Assembly (NCBI GenBank): GCA_951406725.2
Contig: OX597818.1
Coordinates: 64,542,001-64,606,000, forward strand
Direction of reading: 5' to 3'
Source of the DNA: Octopus vulgaris
Lineage: Eukaryota
Length of the DNA: 64,000 nt
This document shows positions 13,766 to 25,897 of the stretch, piece by piece; the stretch's first letter is position 1; each line of letters starts with the position of its first letter. The position numbers and the translations under genes are program-made. The notes below the pieces were generated by a model. The model did no database searches and was not told the DNA's origin. It saw only the letters and a list, made by a program, of their open reading frames with translations.

Positions 13766-14784
13766 GTTTTATCGGTTCTTAGTTTGTAGTTACAATCCGA
13801 TATATTTTGCATGTCAACCAATCTGGATCACAAGCGAAGATCTTTGAAGTCAAATTCTGGTGCTTATTTCATTGAAGCATTAGATATATAGAACTCGAGA
13901 TTAATTGATACTTGGTTAGTTAATGCATTCCTTAATTATTTAGTTAAATGATCAGAGAGAAACTCGTACTTAAATATTTACTTACTTAATTTTATTAGTT
14001 ACTCCTTTCGCTTAGTAGTTAGAAAATTATCAGTCGACTTAATTAATCATACACGTATTTACCTACTTACTCAAGAACTAACTTACGTCAGTTAGTACAT
14101 TTATGTATATTATTTGCAGTAGCTAAGTAAGTGACAAAGTAGCTAGGTAATTAGTTAGGCGTGGAGTGAAGAAGCTAGTTCGATAATTATTTACTTAGCT
14201 AGCTAATAAACTATTTAGGTAGCTGATAATTATTTAGTTACTTTGATTATCAGTTACCTTGCTAACAGTACACTTCAACAGCTAGCTATTTAGGCCGTCT
14301 GTTAATTACTTAGCAATTAAGCTATTGAGATACATAGCTACATAATTATTCCGTTTGTTAGTCTGCTCTCGAGCTAACTATCTCATTAGCCATCTATCTG
14401 ATTGGTTAAAATTAACCAGCTCGTTAGTTAATTAGTTACATCGTTATCTCTGTACTTAGCAAGATGTGGATCAAGTTTGTTAGATTGTAATCCACCTAGC
14501 TAATTTATCACTTAGCTAGGCAGCTAATAGACAATATGATCATTTATTTTATTAGTTATTTAGCTAAATACTTAGCTAATGAATTTGTAATTTATTTAGA
14601 TATTTAGCAAGCTAGTTAAAATATGTATTTAGTTATTTAATTAATAAGCTATTGTTTTTACTAAGTAGTGAGATAGTAAATTAGTTTGTCTAATAGATCA
14701 TTAGTAGCTTTGTTTGTTAAAAAGTTATTTAGTCTACATTATTTACATTCGACGGATATTTGTCCTCACCTTTTTTTTGTTGTT

Positions 14785-14830
14785 AACACAACGTTTCGGC
14801 TGATATAATCTCCAGCCTTCATCAGGTGTC
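14785..14830 (-). ncRNA. Minimal type I hammerhead ribozyme
   Basis: Minus strand reads GACAC-CTGATGA-A-GGCTG...CAGCC-GAA-ACGT-T-GTGTT: stem I GACAC/GTGTT, 5-bp stem II, palindromic stem III ACGT, cleavage triplet GUU. Confidence 0.85.
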
Positions 14831-14913
14831 TTGGGGAAATTTAGAACATGGGTTCTCATTCCTAAGGTATTTTTCGATGTTGTTGTTCTGCTTCTTCTTC
14901 TTATTATTATTAA

Positions 14914-14986
14914 GGTCACTGCTTGGAATCGAACTCAGAATCTTGGCTTAGCAACCCGCGCTCTTAACCACTTCGCCATAATCCCA
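14914..14986 (-). promoter_or_regulatory. tRNA-derived Pol III internal promoter (A and B boxes)
   Basis: A box TGGCGAAGTGG (14978-14968) and B box GAGTTCGATTCC (14936-14925) at tRNA spacing. The acceptor stem does not pair, so this is not a functional tRNA. Confidence 0.75.
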
Positions 14987-15009
14987 TTGGAATAATAATA
15001 ATAATAATG

Positions 15010-15067
<58 letters not shown>

Positions 15068-15120
15068 CAACAACATCGAAAAATATGAGAATGAGAACCC
15101 ACGTTCAACATTTCCTGCAA

Positions 15121-15166
15121 GACACCTGATGTATGCTGGAGGGTATATCAGCCGAAACATTGTGTT
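15121..15166 (+). ncRNA. Degenerate hammerhead ribozyme (second arm)
   Basis: GACAC-CTGATGT-A-TGCTG...CAGCC-GAA-ACAT-T-GTGTT. A9, 10.1 and stem III are mutated relative to the left arm. Confidence 0.65.
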
Positions 15167-15712
15167 AACAACAAACAAGATGAGGACAGATATCTGTCAA
15201 ATGTAAATAATGTAAATAATGTATATAATTCCTCATCTCTCAAATATAGAGCTTAGTTATTTAGTCATTTGGTAGTTATTTAGTCAGCCAAAAATCTACT
15301 TTGCTATTTGCGCATATATAATTCAGCGAATGAATTTATATATTTATTTATATAGTTCGTGATCAGAAGCAGCAATTTTTTTTTCATTTTCATTCCGTGC
15401 GCTAGTTAGTTTGGTAGTGAATAACTTAGTTTGTGTATTTGTGTGCTCGCTTGTTAACCAGCTTGTGAATAAATTAGCTATTAGGTAGATGACATAGATA
15501 TGTCTCGACCAAAGATTGGCTCTGGATGTGAATAACTTCATACTACATGAGAGAATCTGTTATTCTAAAATCAAATTTTGTCGTATCATGACATATTGAT
15601 GCAGATAGTTGACTTGGATATATCCAGTTACAAGTGGCTTATCTGCTATACCTTGAAGTAAATTGACCAGGTATTCTTTGACGGTGACAGGATGTATTCT
15701 TTTTTGTTCTCT

Positions 15713-15859
15713 TATGTGGTAAGTAGCTTGCTTACCAACCTCATGGTTTCAGGTTCCTCCCACTGCGTGGTACCTTTGGCAAGTGTCTTCTACTATAGCC
15801 TCAGGCCTACCAAAGACTTGTGAGTGGATTTGGTAGGCGGAAACTGAAAGAAGCCCGAC

Positions 15860-15937
<78 letters not shown>

Positions 15938-16128
15938 GTATGTATGTGTGTATATGTTTGTGTCTGTGTTTGTCCCCCCAACATCGCTTGGCAACCAATT
16001 GCGGTGTGTTTACGTCCCCGTCACTTAGTGGTTCGACATAAGAGACACAAGAGAATACGTACTAGGCTTACGTAGAATAGGTGCTGGGTTCCATTTACTC
16101 GCAGTCAAATGACTGAAACAAGTAAAAG
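15713..16128 (+). mobile_element. SINE family C copy
   Basis: Matches 16342-16740, with an internal (TA)n and a deletion near the tail. Confidence 0.85.
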
Positions 16129-16341
16129 TGTAGAAAAAATAAGAAGAGTCTGCTGAAGAATAGAAATTGTGAGGCTGTGAATTTGCGTGAATCATTGAGG
16201 AGGCATGTCGAACGTAGCGGCAGCTTCGAATTGTGAATCTAATGTTAAGGTCATTTGGGCAATGCTAGTTCGCTAAATATCTTGCTAGCCCATTGACCTA
16301 GCAAGCTATATAGTTTTTTACTTATTTAAATAATTAATTAG

Positions 16342-16740
16342 ATAGGCTCAGGAGTGGCTGTGTGGTAAGTAGCTTGCCTACCAACCACATGTTTCCGGGT
16401 TCAGTCCCACTGCGTGGCATCTTGGGCAAGTGTTTTCTTCTATACCCGCGGGCCGACCAATGCCTTGTGAGTGGATTTGGTAGACGGAAACTGAAAGATG
16501 CCTGTCGTATATATGTATATATATGTATGTGTGTGTATATGTCTGTGTGTCTGTGTTTGTCCCTCTAGCATTGCTTGACAATCTATGCTGGTGTGTTTAT
16601 GTCCCCTTCACTTAGCGGTTCGGCAAAATAGATCGATAGAATAAGTACTGGGCTTACAAAGTATAAGTCCCGGGGTCGATTTGCTCAACTAAAGGCGGTG
16701 CTCCAGCATGGCCGCAGCCAAATGGCTGAAACAAGTGAAG
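16342..16740 (+). mobile_element. Full-length SINE family C (tRNA-like head, internal TA/TG tract)
   Basis: GGAGTGGCTGTGTGGTAAGTAGCTTGC...CCGGGTTCAGTCCCACTGCGTGG...GACGGAAACTGAAAGA...(TA/TG)...CACTTAGCGGTTCGGCAAAA...GCTCCAGCATGGCCGCAG...CTGAAACAAGT. More than ten related copies lie in the window. Confidence 0.9.
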
Positions 16741-17129
16741 ATATCAAAGCATATATACTCGTAATTAGCAAAACGCTGTTATCTGTACATTTGGTAGTAT
16801 GATATGTAGCTAGCTAGTATAGTTGCCCCATACTACGTAAGTAAGCAAGTTAGTTAGTTAGCTAGTTAAATACCCTATTAATTATTCTGTTACCTAATGA
16901 AATATATCAAATTATATATTCCTTTGTATATTCATATTGGTATTAATCCGATTTAGTTCATACGGTATCCAGTTCATTAGATATTTAGCTCTTTAGCAAG
17001 ACCGGCAGTTAGTAAACGTTGAGACAGCTAGTAAATGTGTTGGCTAATAAGTTTACGATTTTTAGAAATCCATTTTACTAGATTCAAAAATAGCAATATA
17101 CCCAAAGTTAAGAATTTATATACTTGTTA

Positions 17130-17432
17130 TTTGTTCCATCTCGAGCCACGCCGGACTCATAGGGTCCGGTTTTCCCGGTTTCAATTGTGTATAGGTTCCC
17201 CACCTGGGCGGGACACGGGTCTCTTGCAAGTGAGTTGCTAGATGCAGGAGGAAAGAATAAGAGAAAGTTGTGGCGAAAGTGTCATCAGAAATTCGTCATT
17301 ACCTTCTGCTGAAGCAGCGTTGAGATTTGGTGTTTCGTTCATTAACACACGCATTGCCCAGTCTGAGATTCGAACCCACAATCCCTCGACTGCGATTCCG
17401 CTGCTCTAAGCACTAGAGTCATATGCCTCTAC
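17130..17432 (-). mobile_element. SINE family A (older), tail variant 4
   Basis: Degenerate family A head and body (AGAAAGTTGTGGCGAAAG, GAGATTCGAACCC) joined to a fourth tail sequence. Confidence 0.65.
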
Positions 17433-17599
17433 AGTTAGCTACTTAGGTACTTATTTTTGTTTGATTTAGATTCGTAGTAACTTCAGTCGAAAATTATTTA
17501 ATTAGTTAATCAGCTAGCTACTCAGCTTACGAATAAATTAAGTAAATTGTTATGTACTTTGTTTTATAGACAGCTAGTATGTCAGTTTGATAACTAAGA

Positions 17600-17659
<60 letters not shown>

Positions 17660-17666
<7 letters not shown>

Positions 17667-17878
17667 AAAGTAAATAAATGGTACAGCAAGGCACCGATAT
17701 TTACTGTAAAATAGCAATCGTAATAAATACGACGCTATTGTATAGCTTCACTGCGTATATACTAGCAAAGACGCGTAGATACGCTGTGAAGCTATACAAT
17801 AGCGTCGTATTTATCACGATTGCTATTTTCCAGTAAATATCGGTGCCTTGTTGTACTTTATTTATTTACTTTATATGT
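17660..17878. repeat. ~100-bp-arm inverted repeat (foldback)
   Basis: Arms ~17660-17758 and ~17779-17878 are reverse complements with few mismatches around a ~20-bp spacer, embedded between (TA)n tracts. Confidence 0.9.
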
Positions 17879-17936
17879 ATAATTTTACCCTTATGGGCTA
17901 TCTTTTACTGGAGAGTAATACATTCGTATTATATTA

Positions 17937-18002
<66 letters not shown>

Positions 18003-19829
18003 CGCTAGCTAACAATTCATTTAGTAACTGCAGTATTTTGTTAGTAAGCTAATTCACAATGTAAATGCTCAGATGGTGCTTGTTAGATAGTCACTTATTC
18101 ATCACCGAGTGGAAATGGAAGTAAATATAAAGCTAGGGATAATACGTAGGTGTACGTAGTGTATTTTCATGGAAATTTGATAATACAAATATCAGAATGA
18201 TTAAATTAATGTACGCTTTACAGCTGTTTCGGATTAGTAATAACTGATGCTGTAGCCATGAGTATTATGCAATAATTCCAGTATTATCAGAGATATATGA
18301 ATAAGTTGTCAGGTTTATATAATTTAGATATCGGTTCCTAAGCCATTACATATTTTTGCTATATTTTAGTCTTACGTATATATGTATATAATAAATTTTG
18401 TATTAATGACCGCACTGATAACAACACACCAGCATTGTTTGTACTTAGAAATGTCCTTTGAGCATGCTCGGTGATTTGTTTTTCGTTGTACACATTTTGA
18501 CAAACTACCAACCTTAAAGTATTTTCGTTTCAAACATAGAGCTATCTTGAGAGGTTATTTATCGTTTCTCATGTAAGCTGTGCTTTCAAGTGTTTCGTTT
18601 TAAATTGCTTTATCTGTAGCAAAAATGAAAATCTAAAATGTTTTTTAAACATAATTAAGGAATCATAGGTATATTTAATAAAATTACGCCTCAAAATATA
18701 AGCAAATAGATAGTACATGGTATATCTAGAATATTTGCTGCTACAAATTATAGATTATAACTTTAGTTTATACACTTGCAAGCTTTACATGTTAGACGTA
18801 ACTGTTGACTGAATGTGTTGTAGTCTGTTGAACACAACCCAGAATTTTTTCAGTCAGAAGAAACGAAATCGAAAATCAACTCCAGATAATTTTACGACAG
18901 GAAAGTGTGAGGTGAAACTAAATCTTCTCAAGCATTTATCGACTTCATAAAACTGACGCCAATTTGTCTCTTTCCCTGTTTATATTATGTTTATAAAAAT
19001 ATTTTTTTGACAAGAATAATCGCAAATACTTGGCGATGGAAGATATAGTGTGGAAACGATTTGTATACAAAAATGGCGGAAATATTTAATTATCAACGCC
19101 AAGTTCGTCGAAAGAAACAGTACAGGATCATATATCAACTTTATTTTATCTCTAAACAATTCTGCTCAGTCGTGTTCTGATAATATTCAAAATGTATAAA
19201 TGGAACTACGAAATGTTATTGTTATCATTCATGTTATGTTTGTATTTCTCACAAACGCAAAGTTCATTCTATCACTATATCCTTCGATTGTATCCTTTAA
19301 ACTAAAACTCCAAACTTTTTATTTATCTGATAAATTTTTTCTTTCCAAACATTCCATTTGCATTGCTGTATTTCTAATCGGGTGAAAATCCGGTAGCATG
19401 AAGACGTAGGTTATAAGTAATAAATATTTAGTGAAAAAGCAACAGCCATCCGCCGCTCAAGACGCATTCTACCGTCCAATATATTCTACCATGTTAGCAA
19501 AAAAAAAATGAAAAAAATGAAACATCCCAGAAAATTAACCACAATAATAATAGAGAGAACCAGCGATACATCCCTGTAAATTCTGTAAACCTGGTGTTGT
19601 TTGGAATGTCTTAGGTCAGATTTGATATAAACCATTCGAACACAATATACGTATGTTTCTGAACGAAGAGTTAGTCGAGTACACAGCGATGAGAAGAAGG
19701 AAGAGATAAAAAAGGAATAAGCTATTAACTTAAGAAATTCATGATTATATTACAGACTTATAATGTTTAAAAGATAAACCTATATTCCGAAGGGGGAACT
19801 ACGTACTGAATGGTTCCATGGAATTCCTT

Positions 19830-20470
19830 ACTACCCGTTTCCAAGTCGTAGCCGTACACCAGCTTCCTTCACCAGTGATGACCTTCGGAAAAAGGTCCGG
19901 ATGAACTCCCAACTGTTCTTTCAATTCACGTCACACATTCAGTCGTGACTGTTTTTGATATTCCGTGAGTAAGAGAGGCACAAATTTTGCAGCAACTCTT
20001 TTCATTTGCATTTCCTCGTTGGCAGGAACTCCAAGACACACCAGTCATATCAACAAGTGCTTCAAATGTTCAGAGACGTTCCTCCAAGATCAGGTCATGA
20101 ATTTTAATGAGGCTGACGGTCGCTCTGAACGAGTTTGGAATTCAACCATTCGTAAGCTTGTGTTTTGTTCATTGCATCACACTTATAAGTTCTTTAAAGC
20201 ACGGCAACTGTTTTAGTTACTGTTTTCCCTCAGTAGAAAACAGAATTTCATGTAAGCAAACTGGTTCGTCGCAAAAATCGACGAACAGGTGAGAAGGACT
20301 GTAAAAGAAAAGCGCACCATGTTGCAGTCCGCTTCAGTGGACGGCGCCGGTTGGCAGACTGATGCCTGAAGGTCACATGAAGTGGCCTGTAGCAGCGGAA
20401 AACTGAACTTCAACGGGTTTGTCCAATAGAGAATATTTCCTTTAACTTTTGCGTACGGCATTTTGACGCA
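19830..20470 (-). mobile_element. Highly decayed mariner transposase fragment (5' half)
   Basis: Broken minus-strand frames give MKFCFLLRE (N-terminal helix) and MQMKRVAAKFVPLLLTEYQKQSRLNV...ELKEQLGVHPDLFS, corresponding to the mariner WVP-region. Many stops and frameshifts; no TIR identified. Confidence 0.7.
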
Positions 20471-22849
20471 ATGAGACTTTGATGCCTATCAATAATAAAA
20501 CATGATCAATTATAGAATATTGCTTTCTTATTTCGGTTCTTGACCAGCAATGTTAGGATCGGGACTAAGTCGATTACATTCACTTCAGTGTCCCACTGTT
20601 ACTAATTTTATCGACCTCGTAAGAAAGAAAGACGAAGCCGACCCCAGCGGAATTCGAACTCAGACCATAGAGACACATGAAATGTCACTAAGCATGTTGC
20701 CCGTCACTTTTTTACCTATTTTACATAAATGTTCAGACAGCATTTTTCTGCTAGGAGAGCTTCTGCCCCTTATTTCTTTCTGAGCTGGTGTAGTTTGGAT
20801 GAATTCGAAACACCGTCGTGTCTAAAAGTCACTTTCTACACGCGAATGGTGTGTGTTATGAATACACATCATCTACAAAGAGGATGTTTTCTCTGATGAC
20901 GAAAAGAACGGCGGGCGCTCATTCCCTCACTGAATGTATTCATTTATTATTCTATTCTTTTACTTGTTTTTGTCATTTGACTGCGTCCGAAAAGGTACAT
21001 TATGGCTTGGATTCTCACCATTCTGCGTACCCCACAAAAAGTGCATTCTGATTTAGTTAAAGATCTGAAATTTTGGGGGAAGTGTGCTTAGTCGATGCAA
21101 CTGACCCCAATATCGAAATGGCACTTTAATGTAGCGATCCGTAAAGTATGGTAGAGACATTTGACCTTCGTGGCCTTTAAAATTAGCACATAAAAAGACA
21201 GAAGAAATTCATACATTTAAAAAGAAAAATTGTAGCTGACTGTATTTCTCTCTTGCAACTATTTACCGTGTTATATAACTGGTACAATATTGCATAGCTT
21301 TTTTTTTCTCTTCGCGTTTAGAACCTAGAATATGAAGGTCAACTTCAAACTAAAATATATTTATAGTTTTTTATTTTATATTTTCGCCAAGTGATTTATC
21401 GCAATAATATTCCGTTGTAGGCATAAAAATTTATTATCGATCCCTGAAAATGTATCATTGTCATCCGATCAGTAGCATATTCTATTCAAAGCTAACATAC
21501 GATGCAAGAACTTCCACTTATTAAATAAAGGCAAACTGTTCCCTGTGTATAGAAAACAAACATGGATTATACAGCATGGATGATAATGAATTGTAATTGA
21601 ATTTTGCCACAGTTACCAGGTCCCATATAAGGGGAGAAACAGGTTATTGGCTCTACGTAATTGCAAAGCACAAGCAAGGATAGTAACGAAAGCGATACAC
21701 AAATATAAATAGCTTTTGTTCTCTCTTGCACTTATAAAGCAAGAGCTACCGATAAAAGTGCAAGACCACAACACGGCCACATGAACGGATTGCTGGTGTG
21801 TCTAAGGGTGAATTCCTCAGCTATTTTGGCAAATAATTCCCTGCTGATTTGATTTCTGCAATCTGAAATAAAGTGTTTTGGTGAAGAACACAGCGCAATA
21901 GGAACCACAATCATTCAATCGTTAAAGCATCATTATAATTACTAGGCCACGCTTCTTCCAGTAAATACCATTATCGAGTTTTATGTTAGCGTTTGTCTAC
22001 AAACGTTTCTGTCGGAGAAAAGTGAGGTTTGTTTCCTACTTAAAGCGCCAAAACATTTTAATGGCCAGGTTCAACAATTTTCTTTGATCACGAGAGACGC
22101 AAATATATGAAGATCTCATATTCATTCCTAAATATAGAGTTAACAAAATATTTGTTGACAGCAACGTTCGTAGTGGAGTTTAAAGTACTTCCATTTTAAC
22201 CCGGATATTTCTCTGCTTGTTTATAACTTCAACAAACTCTGTGTGTATAGAAAATAATCTTTGACGGATTCGTTTCTAGATTAAGAAAGTAAGCAGCATT
22301 GACGTGTAAATGCTACATATATTTACCGATGTCCTCGCGGCAAGTGGTTTCTATTTGTATCACAGCGAGGTGAATCAAAATCACTATTTTTCTATTTTCT
22401 CTATTCAGAAATAATATACGTGTGCACAAGAAAATCATATAAAATAATCTCGCAAATGATTTTCATATCTGAAACACTAAGATAATGATTTAGGAGGGCA
22501 ATCTAATATCACTTAAAGATAGAGATACCTATAAAATATCACCGGCTATAAACATAAACAAAAGTAAGGTTACGAAGAAGTATAAATGTTCTGTGTAAAG
22601 AAAATGAGACCATATTTATATTGTTTCATTTATCTTCAAGATATCATCTACAAAACAAAACAAATGATTACGTTAGAGAAGCAAAGTAATCTATTAGAGT
22701 CACAAACGAAATATTTTATTAATAATATATTGTATTTATCTGGAAGATATCAATGTTTTATATATTATAGTGCCGTTATCAAAACACAGTCTTGAGAAGA
22801 GACATGAATCAGAGGTTTAACAATTCGATTTAATGTAACCAAGTTACTA

Positions 22850-22891
22850 CCATTATTATTATTATTATTATTACTATTATTATTATTATTA

Positions 22892-22941
<50 letters not shown>

Positions 22942-22953
22942 ATTATCGTTATC

Positions 22954-22992
<39 letters not shown>

Positions 22993-23030
22993 ATTATTAT
23001 TATTATTATTATTATTATTATCATTATTAG
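22850..23030. repeat. (ATT)n microsatellite
   Basis: Direct reading; source of the poly-Ile ORF. Confidence 0.97.
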
Positions 23031-23127
23031 CAATTAAATGAATACAGAATAGAATACAAACAAATATTAATCATCTACATATCTTCTTTGCCTAAACGAG
23101 AGTTCTATCTCACGCGCTGGTATGTAT

Positions 23128-23212
<85 letters not shown>

Positions 23213-23397
23213 GTATATATATATATGTATAAGTAAATGTATATGTATGTATATGTATATATACGTATATATATATATATATATATATATACGTATGTAT
23301 ATGTATATATATACGTATATATATATATATATATATACGTATATATACATATACATACGTATATATATGTATATATATATATATGTGTGTATATATA

Positions 23398-23465
<68 letters not shown>

Positions 23466-23926
23466 GTCTATATGTTTGTATACAATCCTCTCTTTATAAG
23501 CTCGTTATTTTTACAAAACTTCCCAAAAAGCCATTATTCGGCGTAATATACGAACGTGTCTATATGCCTATTTACGTGTGATTGTATGTGTATGTGCATC
23601 TCTATGTCTGTACAGGGTAGTGTTTGTGAACATCAGATTGTCAGTGAATATGTTACATTCTATCCTACAGAGCGATTAATAATGAATAATACATTTTACC
23701 TATTTGAGGAGCCGGGGATTGAAACCCCAACAAGATTATTTTCTGTACAAGGAAGACCCCTGTCTACATTATAGATTTTAGGTTATACAAATGTATTACG
23801 AGTTTAACACGTGTGTCATGAAATACTCCTTTTAAGATTTAGAATTTCGTTTTAATGAGATTATCTCCCTACGATTGGTGGAGAAGTGGTTTATCAGCTG
23901 TTTTATGCGTGACATACTTGCACTCA

Positions 23927-24317
23927 GTGGAGGCGCAATGGCCCAGTGGTTAGGGCAGTGGAATCGCGGTCATAGGATCGCGGTTTCGATTCCCAGACCG
24001 GGCGTTGTGAGTGTTTATTGAGCGAAAACACCTAAAGCTCCACGAGGCTTCGGCAGGGGATGGTGGTGATCCCTGCTGTACTCTTTCATCACAACTTTCT
24101 CTCACTCTTACTTCCTGTTTCTGTTGTACCTGTATTTAAAAGGGCCGGCCTTGTCACTCTCTGTGTCACGCTGAATATCCCCGAGAACTACGTTAAGGGT
24201 ACACGTGTCTGTGGAGTACGCAGCCACTTACACGTTAATTTCACGAGCAGGCTGTTCCGTTGATTCGGATCAACCGGAACCCTCGTCGTCGTAACCGACG
24301 GAGTGCTTCCACATTCC
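23927..24317 (+). mobile_element. Full-length tRNA(Arg)-like SINE family A, tail variant 1
   Basis: A box TGGCCCAGTGG and B box GGTTTCGATTCCC. 11-bp TSD ACT(T/C)GCACTCA at 23916-23926 and 24318-24328. Possibly one of the described octopus tRNA-Arg SINEs (OR1/OR2), not verified. Confidence 0.92.
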
Positions 24318-25253
24318 ACTCGCACTCACCCGGTGCCCTCTTCACGTCTCCATATCTGAAATCAAGAGAAAAATAGACACTTTTTATGTAGATTTCGACC
24401 AAATATACTCCATCTACTCCTTATTTCTATGACAAGAAATGTATGAAGTGGTTGGGGTATCCTGGCAAGCAGGTCTGTTTCTCCTCAAAGATAATGATGC
24501 TGTGAACTGCGCATCTCCAAAGCTATTAACAACTACGTTGTGCATGTACCGTTTCCAGCAGGATTAATCAAGTTTGAGTATTATTGATGACCCTTATCAC
24601 TTCTGTTCGTAGCTTCCTCACACGTAATGACACCCGGTATGAAGCACAGATTCTCTGTAGGTCTAGTTAATCTCTAGCCACGCATATTGCTTTTTTCTAT
24701 CATAGTAGTTGGACATTACAAGTTTTGACCTCTGTACAGCAGTGCTACCGTCTGCTGGAGTAGCAGCAAGTCCAGTAACGGTAATTTTAATGATCGGCAG
24801 TTTCCTATGTGTAATACTACATCCAGAGTTTCGAATCCCCTTTGCTAGGCAGTCAGGAGAGAACCAATCACGTCTTCTAACGTCAAATTTCTCAAACACA
24901 ATTTCAGGAGTGATGAACGTTCTCTAGCTACGCACTATTCGATGGATAATGGAACTTTCCTGAATAATTGGTATATCTTTCCGAAGAAGGGAGCGATGAA
25001 CTGAAGCGGCATCGGAATTTCGGTTCAAAATTCATAATCGGGTGGAGGCTAATTATTCAGCTCTATTCGGCCAGAAATTTGAGGCGCTGAGAGAACGTAG
25101 ACTAATGTATCACCCGTTTTATCTTCAATATCCTCAGCTGACAACATTTGGTAAATCTATCTTATAGTGATTTTTCATATAATTCGTGGGAAATCTCTTA
25201 ACCTTTTGTAAATACATACATATATACATACACACACCATAATACGTACATAA

Positions 25254-25297
<44 letters not shown>

Positions 25298-25437
25298 GTG
25301 TGTGTGTGTATGTATATGTATATATATGTATATCGTGAAGTATGTATTCTACTTATATGTTTCGATCTAATTGGGTACGATGATAGTATTGTTTATAGCC
25401 CCAGGTGGACATCTCCTCCAGCTGGCTAACAACTCGA

Positions 25438-25897
<460 letters not shown>

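Larger units (their letters stand above)
14735..15254. mobile_element. Non-autonomous tRNA-headed hammerhead element in inverted (diverging) two-copy arrangement
   Basis: Inverted arms ~14735-14887 and ~15063-15214, with a tRNA-like head at 14986-14914 (minus) and an HHR in each arm. The right arm has an extra tail to 15254. Candidate 12-bp TSD AGTTATTTAGTC at 14723-14734 and 15255-15266. Confidence 0.8.

Noticed and set aside
14914-14986. Functional tRNA gene (also the SINE heads at 23927 and 34955)
   Set aside because: Acceptor stems do not pair and the sequences continue into repeat bodies.
19200-19385. Signal-peptide-like ORF MELRNVIVIIHVMFVF
   Set aside because: Hydrophobicity is expected from T-rich DNA; no convincing splice donor or recognisable domain.
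24330-25150. Possible decayed BEL/Pao protease (S*RTFIT) on the minus strand
   Set aside because: A single short motif with no supporting domains or LTRs.
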